Positions 1-9,436 of a DNA stretch of 64,000 nt are shown here, piece after piece (positions within the stretch are counted from its first letter, which is position 1; each line of letters opens with the position of its first letter). The stretch comes from Microthrixaceae bacterium (GTDB lineage: Bacteria; Actinomycetota; Acidimicrobiia; Acidimicrobiales; VFJN01): assembly GCA_052390255.1 (NCBI GenBank), contig JBQTHC010000007.1, positions 2,745-66,744 of the forward strand, in the 5' to 3' direction. The notes beneath the pieces are model-generated. The model was not told the origin of the DNA. It searched no databases and saw only the letters and a program-made list of their open reading frames with translations. The translations under genes were made by a program, and so were the position numbers.

Positions 1-1574
1 CCGACGAGATCGTTGTTCGCGCCAGTGGAGATCACACCGAACACGAGCTCCTCTGCGATCCGCCCGCCCATCCGGACCACGAGGCTGTCCTCGATGTAGT
101 TCTGCCGGTAGATGTGCTTCTCGTCGACGGGGAGCTGCTGCGTGACGCCGAGCGCCATCCCCATCGGCAGGATCGTGACCTTGTGGACCGGATCGGCGTG
201 GGGGAGCACGGCCGCCGCGACCGCGTGGCCGGCCTCGTGGTACGCGACCGCCTCCTTCTCGTCGTCGGCGAGCGCCATCGACTCACGACGCTGACCCATC
301 AGCACGCGATCGCGGGCCATCTCGAAGTTGCGCATGAAGATCTGGTCCTCGCCTGCGCGCACCGCGAACAAGGCGGCCTCGTTCACGAGGTTCGACAGGT
401 CCGCGCCGGACATCCCGGGCGTGCCGCGCGCCACGACCGCGAGGTCGACGTCGTCGGCGAGGCGCTTGGACTTCGCGTGCACCCGCAGGATCGCCTCGCG
501 CTCGGAGAGCTCCGGCAGCGGCACGACGACCTGCCGGTCGAAGCGGCCGGGGCGCAGGAGCGCGGGATCGAGGATGTCGGGCCGGTTCGTGGCGGCCATC
601 ATCACGATGCCCTCCGTGGCCTCGAAGCCGTCCATCTCGGAGAGCATCTGGTTGAGGGTTTGCTCACGCTCGTCGTGCCCACCGCCGAGTCCTGCGCCGC
701 GCTTGCGGCCGATGGAGTCGAGCTCGTCGACGAAGATGATCGCCCGACCCATCTTGCGGGCGCTGGCGAACAGGTCGCGCACCCGGCTCGCGCCGACACC
801 GACGAACATCTCCATGAAGTCCGAGCCCGTCACCGACAGGAAGGGCACGCCTGCCTCGCCGGCCACGGCACGGGCGATCAGCGTCTTGCCGGTGCCTGGC
901 GGCCCCACGAGCAGGACACCCTTCGGGATCCGAGCGCCGATCTCACGGAAGCGCTCGGGCGTCTTCAGGAAGTCGACGACCTCTTTGATGTCCTGCTTCA
1001 CGCCCTCGTAGCCGGCGACGTCGGCGAACGTGGTGCCTGGACGCTCCGTGGAGTACGTCTTCGCGCGGGATCGGCCGATCGACATGATCCCGCCCATCTG
1101 GCTCTGCGCGCGGCGCTGCATGAACCAGAAGAACGCGACGAAGATCCCGACCGGGATGAGGAACGGCAGGAGGCTCGCGAGCAGACCCGGTTGTGGCGTC
1201 TTGTACTCGACCTTGACGCCCTCCTTCCCGAGGAGCTCGAGGTCGGCGTCGGGGATGCCGCCGTTCAGCGGACCCGTGGTGCGGAACTCTGCACCACTGT
1301 CGAGCTTGCCGGTGATCGCGCCGTCGGTGTTGTTGATCTGGACGCTGACGACCTTGCCGCTGCGGACCTGTCCGAGGAAGTCGGAGTAGGAGACCTTCTC
1401 CTTCGCGGACCCCGTGGCGAGGCTGGAGGAGAGCACGATCGCCAGGGTGAGCCCGACGAGGGCCCAGATGCCCCACTTGGGCAGCGACTGGCCGCTGAGG
1501 CTCGGCCGGCGCGCCCCGCCACCCGGCTCGCGCGGCGGGGGAGGTGGGGGAGGCGGCAGTCCCTCGGGGCTCAT
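1..1574 (-). CDS. ftsH: ATP-dependent zinc metalloprotease FtsH (3' end runs off window)
   Basis: Manual minus-strand translation from ATG at 1574: Pro-rich N-terminus, two TM segments, Walker A GPPGTGKT, Walker B IFVDELD, second region of homology [17 protein letters not shown] zinc motif near 226-240. Confidence 0.93.
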   Translation of the reverse strand, partial: MSPEGLPPPPPPPPREPGGGARRPSLSGQSLPKWGIWALVGLTLAIVLSSSLATGSAKEKVSYSDFLGQVRSGKVVSVQINNTDGAITGKLDSGAEFRTTGPLNGGIPDADLELLGKEGVKVEYKTPQPGLLASLLPFLIPVGIFVAFFWFMQRRAQSQMGGIMSIGRSRAKTYSTERPGTTFADVAGYEGVKQDIKEVVDFLKTPERFREIGARIPKGVLLVGPPGTGKTLIARAVAGEAGVPFLSVTGSDFMEMFVGVGASRVRDLFASARKMGRAIIFVDELDSIGRKRGAGLGGGHDEREQTLNQMLSEMDGFEATEGIVMMAATNRPDILDPALLRPGRFDRQVVVPLPELSEREAILRVHAKSKRLADDVDLAVVARGTPGMSGADLSNLVNEAALFAVRAGEDQIFMRNFEMARDRVLMGQRRESMALADDEKEAVAYHEAGHAVAAAVLPHADPVHKVTILPMGMALGVTQQLPVDEKHIYRQNYIEDSLVVRMGGRIAEELVFGVISTGANNDLV

Positions 1575-1666
1575 CACGCCAGGATACGGGTCGCCCCCCG
1601 CGATCGACAGGCATGCGGCCCCGGCCATCCGCTCGCGTGCTCGGGCGCGTGGATAGCGTGTCGCCG

Positions 1667-1900
1667 ATGAGCAGCCGCACCTGCGCCAAGCCCAGCTGCA
1701 ACGCCAGCGCCACGTCAACGCTCACGTACGACTACGCGGGCCGCACGGCCTGGGTCGAGCCCCTCGACAGCGAGCCGCATCCGATGGCCTACGACCTGTG
1801 TGGCAGCCACGCGGACACGCTGAAGGTCCCCAACGGGTGGGCCCTCGCCGACCGTCGTGTCCGGTATCCCGCGGCCCTCTCCCACGCGATCGCGTCCTGA
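1667..1900 (+). CDS. DUF3499 family protein
   Basis: MSSRTCAKPSC...TLTYDY...YDLC..HA....P.GW pattern; usual actinobacterial neighbour of manB. Confidence 0.85.
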   Translation: MSSRTCAKPSCNASATSTLTYDYAGRTAWVEPLDSEPHPMAYDLCGSHADTLKVPNGWALADRRVRYPAALSHAIAS

Positions 1901-1943
1901 CCCTGACCGCCAGACACCCCGCGGTCACCAATAGCCTGCACGG

Positions 1944-2684
1944 GTGACCGAGGCAGCACCGGTGCTCGCTGACGAGCCGACGCAGCCCCGTCGTTGGGGG
2001 CTGGGCGACGTGGCGCTGGGGTTGGCGATCGGACTGGTCGGCTCCCAGCTCGCGCTCGCGGCGATCCTCGCTGCGAGCGGACGCACGGTCGACCAGATCG
2101 ACGAGCTCCCGCTTGCGCTGGCTGCGCTCGCGCAGGTGGGGCTCTGGTTCGGCCTCCTGGGCGCGCCGCTGGTCGCCACGCGCACGAAGGGCAACGGGCT
2201 CGTCGCGGATCTCAACCTCCGCGCGCGCGTCGCGGACGTGTGGCGCGGTGGCATCGTCGGCGTCCTCTTGCAGCTCGTCGCGCTCCCGCTCCTCTATTGG
2301 CCCATCCTCGAGCTGCTCAACAAGCGCGCGTCGGATCTCGAAGGCCCGGCTCGCAGCCTCACGGAGCGCGCGACCGGGCCAGTGAGCACCGTGCTGCTGA
2401 TCCTCATCGTCGGGATCGGGGCGCCCGTCATCGAGGAGATCTTCTACCGAGGCCTGTTCCAGGGCGCGTTGCTGAAGCGCGGCATGGCCCCCGCGCCGGC
2501 GATCGCGATCAGCTCGGTCGTGTTCGGCGTCACCCACAAGCAGTCGCTGCAGCTTCCCGCCCTGGTCCTGTTCGGGGCGGTCGCCGGGATCCTGGCCCAC
2601 CGCGCGGGACGGCTCGGTCCCGCGATCGCCGCGCACGTGGCCTTCAACATGGTCACCGTCCTCGCCCTCCTGCTGGCAGGGTGA
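1944..2684 (+). CDS. CPBP (Abi/CAAX-like) intramembrane glutamic endopeptidase
   Basis: Multi-TM protein with EEIFYRG, FGVTH and AHVAFN motifs. Confidence 0.9.
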   Translation: MTEAAPVLADEPTQPRRWGLGDVALGLAIGLVGSQLALAAILAASGRTVDQIDELPLALAALAQVGLWFGLLGAPLVATRTKGNGLVADLNLRARVADVWRGGIVGVLLQLVALPLLYWPILELLNKRASDLEGPARSLTERATGPVSTVLLILIVGIGAPVIEEIFYRGLFQGALLKRGMAPAPAIAISSVVFGVTHKQSLQLPALVLFGAVAGILAHRAGRLGPAIAAHVAFNMVTVLALLLAG

Positions 2685-2712
2685 CGGCCCTGGCACCCGG
2701 ATCGGCGCGACG

Positions 2713-5460
2713 ATGACTGACGCCATGTACGGACGCACCTCGCCCGACGCGGACCTCCTCGACCCTTGGCCCGACGGGCTCGACGACGACGGTGACGAGC
2801 GTCTCGAGGGCGACGACGGCGACGGCGCGCCGCCCGCGGATCCGGCCGCCCGCGCGCAGCGGGATCGGGTCGTCCGCCTCGTCCTCGACGCACTGGTGAT
2901 CACCGTCGCGTCGGTGGTCGTCTTCGCGAGCATCCACCCCGCCGACATCCTGTCCAGCGCTGTGCCGGCGGGGGGCGACATGGGCGCGCACGTGTGGGGA
3001 CCCGCCTTCCTGCGCGACCACCTGCTCCCCGAGTGGCGCCTGTCGGGATGGACGCCCGACTGGTACGCCGGGTTCCCCGCCTACCAGTTCTACATGGTGC
3101 TCCCGTCGCTCCTGATCGTGGCGCTCGACGTGGGGTTCTTCGGCGGTTGGACGATGGTCGTCCCGCTGGCGGGAGCAGGACTGCTCGCGCGAACCGCATG
3201 GCGCCGCGGCGCGGGCTGGGCGCGACGCGGCTACGTCACCGCCGCGGTCGTCGTCGCGCTGCTCGGCGTCGAGCTCCCGTACGGCACCGCGTTCAAGCTG
3301 GTCACGATCCTCGGGCTCGTCACGCTCCCGGTCGCGGCGTACGCCTTCGGTCGCCTCGCCGATCTCCCGTTCCCCGGCCCCGCGATGCTCGCCATCGCCA
3401 CGGTGCCGTTCCTCTTCGACCGGAACTTCACGATCTACGGCGGCAACGTCGCCTCCACCCTCGCGGGCGAGTTCGCGTTCTCCATCAGCTTGTCGCTGTG
3501 CGTCCTCTTTCTCGGTGTCGTCGTGCGCGGGTTGCGCACCGGGCGCCACCGCGCGCTCGCCGCCGTGCTGCTCGCGCTCACCGGGCTCAACCACCTGATC
3601 CCGGCCTTCTACGCGATCGCGGGCACCGCGGTGATCGCGCTGTTCGCGCTCACCGGCCCCGCGCTGTCGGTCGCCCGGAACCTGCTCATCGAGGCTTGGG
3701 CGCCGATCCACGACGCGGCCCGGGAGCGCCACGGCGAACGAAGGTCCAGCCTGTTCGGCCGCGTCGTCGCTCTCGCCGTGTTGACGGGCCGCGTCGTTTG
3801 GTCGTTGCGGTGGCTCGACACGATCTGGCGACTCCTCGTCGCGCCGCTGAGGTTCACCGTCCGGTTCTGGCGCGCGGCGCCGGCGGCGCGCTGGCTCGCC
3901 ACGGTCATGCCCGTGGGCGGGCTGATCTCCGCGTTCTGGGTCCTGCCGTTCTTCTGGCAGCGCGCCTACGTCAACGACATGGGCTGGGAGAAGCTCCCGT
4001 ACCTCAACGAGACGATCTGGAAGTACCTCGTCCCGCGTCGTCCCGACATGGTCCAGGACATCCGGTGGGTCCTGACGCTCGCGCTCGTTGGACTCGTGCT
4101 GTCGCTCGCCTTCCGCGTGCGCCTCGGGTGGATCCTCGCTGGGATCGTGATCATCTCGGCGGTCGCGTTCGCGGTCATGCCACAGGGTCGACTCTGGAAC
4201 GCACGCGTGCTCCCGCTCTACTACCTCGGGCTGTACCTGCTCGCCGCGATCGGCGTGTCGGAGCTGGGACGCACGATCGCGGTCCTCGCCGCCCGCGACC
4301 CGGAGCGGCCCGGCCTGCTCGCGCCCGTCGCCACCACGGTGGCCGCGGTGCTCGGAAGCCTCGTCCTCGTCGGCATGCCGCTGCGGAGCCTGCCCTTCGG
4401 CTCGACCCGCGCCGACGGCAGCTACTCGTTCCTCGGGCTGTCGAGCGGTGTGAACGACGCGAGCTTCGTCCGCTCCTGGGCCCGGTGGAACTACACGGGA
4501 TACGTCGGCAAGGACGCGTACGCCGAGTACCGCGCGCTGGTGACGACCATGGAGCGAGTCGGGCGCGAGCACGGATGTGGTCGCTCGTTCTGGGAGTACG
4601 AGAAGGAGCTCAACCGCTACGGCACCCCGATGGCGCTCATGCTCCTGCCGCACTGGTCCGACGGCTGCATCGGCTCGATGGAGGGGCTCTTCTTCGAAGC
4701 GTCGGCCACCACCCCCTTCCACTTCCTGACGCAGGTGGAGCTGAGCGCCGCACCCAGCGCCGCCCAGCGTGACCTCCCGTATGACGGGTTCGACCTCTCG
4801 AAGGGGATCGAGCACCTCCAGCTGATGGGTGTGCGCTACTACCTCGCCTCCTCGGTCCAGGCCACCACGGCGGCGCGCGCGGACTCCGATCTCACCGAGA
4901 TCGCCACCTCGGGCCCGTGGGTGATCTTCCAGGTGGCGGACAGCCCGCTCGTCGAGCCGCTCGCCAACGAGCCAGCGGTGCTCGACGGAGTCGACGACGC
5001 ACAGCACGACTGGATCTGTCGAACGAAGGACGACCGGGGTCGCTGCAACGGCCCGGCCGTCGCGTGGTTCAAGGATGCGGCCCGCTGGGACGTGTACCTC
5101 GCGTCGTCAGGTCCGCGCGACTGGCAGCGTGTCTCGGTGGAGGATCCGCGGCCGCGTCAGCGCGCGGCGCCGAGCGCGCGCGTCACGAACATCGAGACCA
5201 CGACCGATCGCATCTCGTTCGACGTCGACCGGCTGGGAACACCCGTGCTGGTGAAGGCGTCCTACTTCCCGAACTGGCACGCGAAGGGCGCTGACGGTCC
5301 GTACCGGGTGGCTCCGAACCTCATGGTCGTGGTGCCCAGCGAGCGCCACGTCGATCTCCGCTACGGGCGCGAACCCGTCGAATGGATCGGCTACGCCCTC
5401 ACGGCGCTCGGCATCGCGCTCGCCGCCCTGCTCGCGTCCCGACGCGTCGCGCGTGACTGA
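2713..5460 (+). CDS. Large polytopic membrane protein, 'PTPS-related'/YfhO-like, probable GT-C glycosyltransferase
   Basis: 915 aa; GGDMGAH...GWTPDWYAGFPAYQFY loop after first TM, many TM helices, C-terminal SYFPNW segment typical of YfhO-like proteins. Confidence 0.7.
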   Translation: MTDAMYGRTSPDADLLDPWPDGLDDDGDERLEGDDGDGAPPADPAARAQRDRVVRLVLDALVITVASVVVFASIHPADILSSAVPAGGDMGAHVWGPAFLRDHLLPEWRLSGWTPDWYAGFPAYQFYMVLPSLLIVALDVGFFGGWTMVVPLAGAGLLARTAWRRGAGWARRGYVTAAVVVALLGVELPYGTAFKLVTILGLVTLPVAAYAFGRLADLPFPGPAMLAIATVPFLFDRNFTIYGGNVASTLAGEFAFSISLSLCVLFLGVVVRGLRTGRHRALAAVLLALTGLNHLIPAFYAIAGTAVIALFALTGPALSVARNLLIEAWAPIHDAARERHGERRSSLFGRVVALAVLTGRVVWSLRWLDTIWRLLVAPLRFTVRFWRAAPAARWLATVMPVGGLISAFWVLPFFWQRAYVNDMGWEKLPYLNETIWKYLVPRRPDMVQDIRWVLTLALVGLVLSLAFRVRLGWILAGIVIISAVAFAVMPQGRLWNARVLPLYYLGLYLLAAIGVSELGRTIAVLAARDPERPGLLAPVATTVAAVLGSLVLVGMPLRSLPFGSTRADGSYSFLGLSSGVNDASFVRSWARWNYTGYVGKDAYAEYRALVTTMERVGREHGCGRSFWEYEKELNRYGTPMALMLLPHWSDGCIGSMEGLFFEASATTPFHFLTQVELSAAPSAAQRDLPYDGFDLSKGIEHLQLMGVRYYLASSVQATTAARADSDLTEIATSGPWVIFQVADSPLVEPLANEPAVLDGVDDAQHDWICRTKDDRGRCNGPAVAWFKDAARWDVYLASSGPRDWQRVSVEDPRPRQRAAPSARVTNIETTTDRISFDVDRLGTPVLVKASYFPNWHAKGADGPYRVAPNLMVVVPSERHVDLRYGREPVEWIGYALTALGIALAALLASRRVARD

Positions 5461-6628
5461 TCGGATCCGGCGCGCGGCCCTCGTCGCGATCGTTCCGACG
5501 GTCATCGACGTCGCACTGCTCCTGTTCCTACGGCAGCGGCTCGGCTGGGTCCTCGTGGCGGCGGACGCCGTGGCGATCCTGGTCGCCTCGGCGACGTCCT
5601 ACGTGCTGCACCGCTCGGTCACCTTCCGCTCAGACCCCTACGTGCGCTGGGTGCGGATGCCGCTCGCGTTCGTCACGGTCGCGTCGCTCGCGGGCATCAC
5701 CGACGTGGTGGTGCTCCGCGCGACCTTCGCCGCGTGGGGGTTCACGTCGTGGCAGGGCCTCCTCCTCGCGAAGGCCGTCGCCCTCGCCGTCGCCGCACTC
5801 GTACGGCTGGGGCTCTACCGAGCCGTGCTCCTCAGCGCTGTTCGCCGCTCGATCCACGAGCGTGCGCGACGTGGGCCGGCGCCGGGCATGCTCCGCGCAT
5901 CGGTCGTCATCCCCGCCTTCAACGAGGTCGAACGCATCGCGGCGACGGTCAGCGCGCTGCGCGAGTCGCTGTCGGATCTCCACGCCGATGGTGGCGTCGA
6001 GCTCGTCGTGGTCGACGACGGATCTGCTGACGGCACGGGTGACGCGGCCTTGGCGGCTGGCGCGGACCAGGTGGTGCTGCTGCCCCGGAACCGCGGCAAG
6101 GGCGCTGCCGTTCGAGCGGGAGTCTGCGCCGCGCGCGGGCGCACGGTTGCGTTCACCGACGCCGACCTGTCGTACTCACCCGATCAGGTGCAGCTCGTCA
6201 TCGAACAGGTCGAGCAGGGTTGGGACGTGGTCATCGGCAACCGGCGGCACCCCGACGCAACCACGCTTCGACGCGCTGGGCTCGTGCGGGAGCTGGGCAG
6301 CCGCGTGATCAACCTCGTCACGATGGGGGTCCTGCTCAGCCACCCCCGCGACAGCCAATGCGGTCTCAAGGCCTTCCGATCGGATGCCGCCGCGCTCGTC
6401 TTCGACCTCTGCCAGATCGACGGGTTCGCGTTCGACATCGAGGTGCTGCACCTCGTCGAACGGCACGAGCTGAGCCTCGCCGAGGTGCCAGTGCAGCTGC
6501 GGAGCAGCGGCCGGTCGAGCGTGCGGGCCGTGCGAGACGGCGTCCGGCTCCTCCGTGACGTCGCGCACATCCGTCGCCTGGCGGCCGAGGGGGCCTACGA
6601 GGTCGCGTCGCAGCGACCACTAGGGTGA
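5453..6628 (+). CDS. GtrA-like flippase domain fused to polyprenol-phosphate glycosyltransferase (GT2)
   Basis: N-terminal 4-TM GtrA-like segment (SYVLHRSVTFR), then VVIPAFNE, VDDGSAD, NRGKGAAV, FTDADLS, DSQCGLK, GFAFDIE. Confidence 0.85.
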   Translation: MTDRIRRAALVAIVPTVIDVALLLFLRQRLGWVLVAADAVAILVASATSYVLHRSVTFRSDPYVRWVRMPLAFVTVASLAGITDVVVLRATFAAWGFTSWQGLLLAKAVALAVAALVRLGLYRAVLLSAVRRSIHERARRGPAPGMLRASVVIPAFNEVERIAATVSALRESLSDLHADGGVELVVVDDGSADGTGDAALAAGADQVVLLPRNRGKGAAVRAGVCAARGRTVAFTDADLSYSPDQVQLVIEQVEQGWDVVIGNRRHPDATTLRRAGLVRELGSRVINLVTMGVLLSHPRDSQCGLKAFRSDAAALVFDLCQIDGFAFDIEVLHLVERHELSLAEVPVQLRSSGRSSVRAVRDGVRLLRDVAHIRRLAAEGAYEVASQRPLG

Positions 6629-7995
6629 ACCCCCTGGTGGCTGACCTCGACGCGATCTTCAAGGCCTACGACATCCGCGGCACCACTCCCGATCAGCTCG
6701 ACGCGCCGCTGGCCGAAGCGATCGGTGCCGCCTTCGCGCGGTTCGTCGCGGCACAGGTCGGCGGCGCCTCGCGGGTGCTGATCGCGCGCGACATGCGAGC
6801 ATCCGGCGTGGAGCTGTCGGCCGCGTTCGCGCGCGGCGTGCAGCAGCAGGGGATCGACGTCGTCGACCTCGGACTCGCCTCCACCGACCTCTTGTACTTC
6901 GCGTCGGGCAAGCTCGACGCACCGGGCATGATGCTCACCGCCTCGCACAACCCCGCGCAGTACAACGGCATGAAGATGTGCCTGCCCGGGGCTCGCCCGA
7001 TCGGCGTGGAGTCCGGTCTGCTCGAGATCAAGGCGATGGCAGCGTCGGGCGTTCCCGTCGTCGAGGGTCCACAGGGCGGCTTCGAGCGGCTCGACCTGCT
7101 GCGCGACTTCGGGGCACACGTGCGCTCCTTCGTCGACGAAGCGGCGCTGCGCCCTCTGAAGGTGGTGGCCGACACCGCGAACGGCATGGGCGGCCTGGTG
7201 GTGCCGGTCGTGTTCGAGGGTCTGCCGATCTCGCTGGAGATCCTCTACGGCGAGCTCGACGGATCGTTCCCGAACCACCCGGCCGACCCGATCCAAGCAG
7301 CGAACCTGCTCGACCTGCAGGCACGCGTGCGCGAGGTGGGCGCCGACGTCGGTCTCGCCTTCGACGGCGATGCCGATCGCGTGTTCCTCGTCGACGATCA
7401 GGGCGAGCCGCTGTCCGGGTCGCTCACCACAGCGATCGTCGCGGCGGGCGTGCTGGAGAAGCATCCAGGCGCCACGATCCTGCACAACTGCATCTGCTCG
7501 AAGGCGGTCCCGGAGGTGATCCGGGAGCGCGGTGGTCACCCGATCCGGACCCGCGTCGGGCACAGCTTCATCAAGGCGGTGATGGCCGAGACGGGCGCGG
7601 CGTTCGGCGGCGAGCACTCAGCGCACTACTACTTCGCCGACAACTGGCGCGCCGACTCCGGGTCCATCGCCGCGCTCGTGGTGCTCGAGCAGATCTCCAA
7701 GGCAGGCGTCCCGCTCTCCGAGCTCCGCCGCCCGTTCGACCGGTACGCCGCGTCGGGCGAGATCAACAGCCGCGTCGCGGACCCGGCCGCGGTCATCGCC
7801 GCCGTCGCAGCCGCGTACCCGACCGACGCGCAGGATCATCTCGACGGCCTCACGGTCGACCTCGGCACCTGGTGGTTCAACCTGCGTGCCTCCAACACCG
7901 AGCCGCTGCTGCGGCTCAACCTCGAAGCCGCCGACGTCACGGCGTGCGAGGCCCGCGTGCGCGAGGTGCGGGCACTCATCGACGCCGCCGGCTGA
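6625..7995 (+). CDS. manB: Phosphomannomutase/phosphoglucomutase
   Basis: FKAYDIRG, TASHNP phosphoserine loop, FDGDADR metal loop, GEHSAH, RASNTEP. Confidence 0.93.
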   Translation: MNPLVADLDAIFKAYDIRGTTPDQLDAPLAEAIGAAFARFVAAQVGGASRVLIARDMRASGVELSAAFARGVQQQGIDVVDLGLASTDLLYFASGKLDAPGMMLTASHNPAQYNGMKMCLPGARPIGVESGLLEIKAMAASGVPVVEGPQGGFERLDLLRDFGAHVRSFVDEAALRPLKVVADTANGMGGLVVPVVFEGLPISLEILYGELDGSFPNHPADPIQAANLLDLQARVREVGADVGLAFDGDADRVFLVDDQGEPLSGSLTTAIVAAGVLEKHPGATILHNCICSKAVPEVIRERGGHPIRTRVGHSFIKAVMAETGAAFGGEHSAHYYFADNWRADSGSIAALVVLEQISKAGVPLSELRRPFDRYAASGEINSRVADPAAVIAAVAAAYPTDAQDHLDGLTVDLGTWWFNLRASNTEPLLRLNLEAADVTACEARVREVRALIDAAG

Positions 7996-8024
7996 CCCAC
8001 CCACACCCTCCACAAGGAGTCACC

Positions 8025-8261
8025 ATGCCCCTCGACCCACAGCTCCTCGAGATCCTCGCCTGTCCCGACGACAAGGGTCCGCTCCTGTACTTCGCAGACG
8101 AGGACTCGCTCTACAACCCGCGCCTCAAGCGCCGGTACGCGATCCGGGAGGACATCCCGATCATGCTCATCGACGAGGCGGAGTCGGTCGACGACGCCGA
8201 ACACGACCGGCTCCTCGCGAAGGCCGCCGCCGAGGGCATCGCTCCCACCTTCGAGGCATAG
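8025..8261 (+). CDS. Trm112 family protein
   Basis: AAGGAG RBS; LLEILACPDDKGPL...YAIREDIPIML pattern. Confidence 0.9.
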   Translation: MPLDPQLLEILACPDDKGPLLYFADEDSLYNPRLKRRYAIREDIPIMLIDEAESVDDAEHDRLLAKAAAEGIAPTFEA

Positions 8262-9293
8262 GTGAGCGGAGTCCTCGACACGGTCGGCATGTTCGACCTC
8301 GCGGCCGCGCTTCCCGAACAGGTGCGGGACGCGGCGCGCCTCGTCGACCAGCTCGATGCAGCCCTTCCCGACCACGACGACATCGAGAACGTCGTGGTGC
8401 TCGGGATGGGAGGCAGCGGCATCGCCGGTGACATCGTCGCCGCGGTGGCCGCGCCGTTCATGTCGGTGCCCGTGGTGGTGGCCAAGGGCTACGAGGCCCC
8501 CTCGTTCGTGGGTCCGGGCACCCTCTGCTTCGCCGTGTCGTACTCGGGCAACACGGAAGAGACCGTCGAGGCCGCGCAGGTCGCGGCCGAGGCGGGCGCC
8601 CGCCTCGTGGTGCTCTCCACCGGCGGCGAGCTCGGAGCGCTCGCCGCCGCAACGGGCGCGCCGCACATCGAGCTGCCCGACATCCCGATGCCGCGCGCCG
8701 GTGTGGGCGCCGTCAGCATCCCGGTGCTCAGCGTGCTCGAACGAGTCGGGCTCTTCCCCGGGGCGAAGAACTACATCGCCGAAGCCGTCGCGCAGCTCGC
8801 TCGCCGACGCGATGCGCTCATCCAGGACGGGAGCACCGCGCAGCGCCTCGCGCGGGAGATCGGTCGCACGATCCCCGTGATCTACGGCGGCGACGCGCTC
8901 GGCGCGGTCGCTGCGTACCGCTTCAAGTCACAGGTGAACGAGAACGCGAAGGCACCCGCGTTCTGGGGGGTCGTCCCCGAGATGTGCCACAACGAGATCT
9001 GCGGATGGGGACAGCACGGCGACGTCACCCGGCAGGTGGTGAGCGTCGTGCGGTTCCGGCACGACTTCGAGCACCCCCAGGTGTCGCGGCGCTTCGAGCT
9101 GACCGCCGACATCATCGACGAGGTCGTCCACACGACCGCCGACATCACGGCGGTCGGCGACGGTGCGCTCGCGCAGCTCTTCGACCTCATCATCCAGGGC
9201 GACTTCACGAGTCTCCACATGGCGGCCGAGGCCGGGGTCGACCCCGGGCCCATCCCGGTCCTGCTCGACCTCAAGGAGGCCCTGGCGCGGTAA
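8262..9293 (+). CDS. Bifunctional phosphoglucose/phosphomannose isomerase (SIS fold)
   Basis: GMGGSGI, SYSGNTEET, MPRA, QVNENAK, PEMCHNEI motifs. Confidence 0.9.
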   Translation: MSGVLDTVGMFDLAAALPEQVRDAARLVDQLDAALPDHDDIENVVVLGMGGSGIAGDIVAAVAAPFMSVPVVVAKGYEAPSFVGPGTLCFAVSYSGNTEETVEAAQVAAEAGARLVVLSTGGELGALAAATGAPHIELPDIPMPRAGVGAVSIPVLSVLERVGLFPGAKNYIAEAVAQLARRRDALIQDGSTAQRLAREIGRTIPVIYGGDALGAVAAYRFKSQVNENAKAPAFWGVVPEMCHNEICGWGQHGDVTRQVVSVVRFRHDFEHPQVSRRFELTADIIDEVVHTTADITAVGDGALAQLFDLIIQGDFTSLHMAAEAGVDPGPIPVLLDLKEALAR

Positions 9294-9334
9294 GAAGATG
9301 CGCGGACAGGGAGGCCGTCGCCGGGTCCCGCGAC

Positions 9335-9436
9335 TACGCTCGTCCCCCGGGCTGATCAGGGTGCTGCTCGGTGCAGCCAGCCCTCCACACCCCACAACCG
9401 CAGGCGTGCTGCTTCGGCGCGGCTGCAGGAGGAACC
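9335..9436 (+). promoter_or_regulatory. Putative -10 (TACGCT) and structured 5' leader of ahcY
   Basis: TACGCT 9335-9340; nested stem GGGCTG/CAGCCC enclosing GCTGC/GCAGC; UUCG hairpin 9400-9426 abutting AGGAGG 9427-9432. Confidence 0.5.

Noticed and set aside
114-1670. Long + strand ORF (518 aa), and similar antisense ORFs such as 2653-5007, 17798-19642 and 59729-61825
   Set aside because: Shadow ORFs opposite clearly identified genes, typical of high-GC DNA; no recognisable motifs
9340-9436. Calling the ahcY leader a canonical SAH or SAM-IV riboswitch
   Set aside because: Consensus elements not found; kept only as a candidate motif
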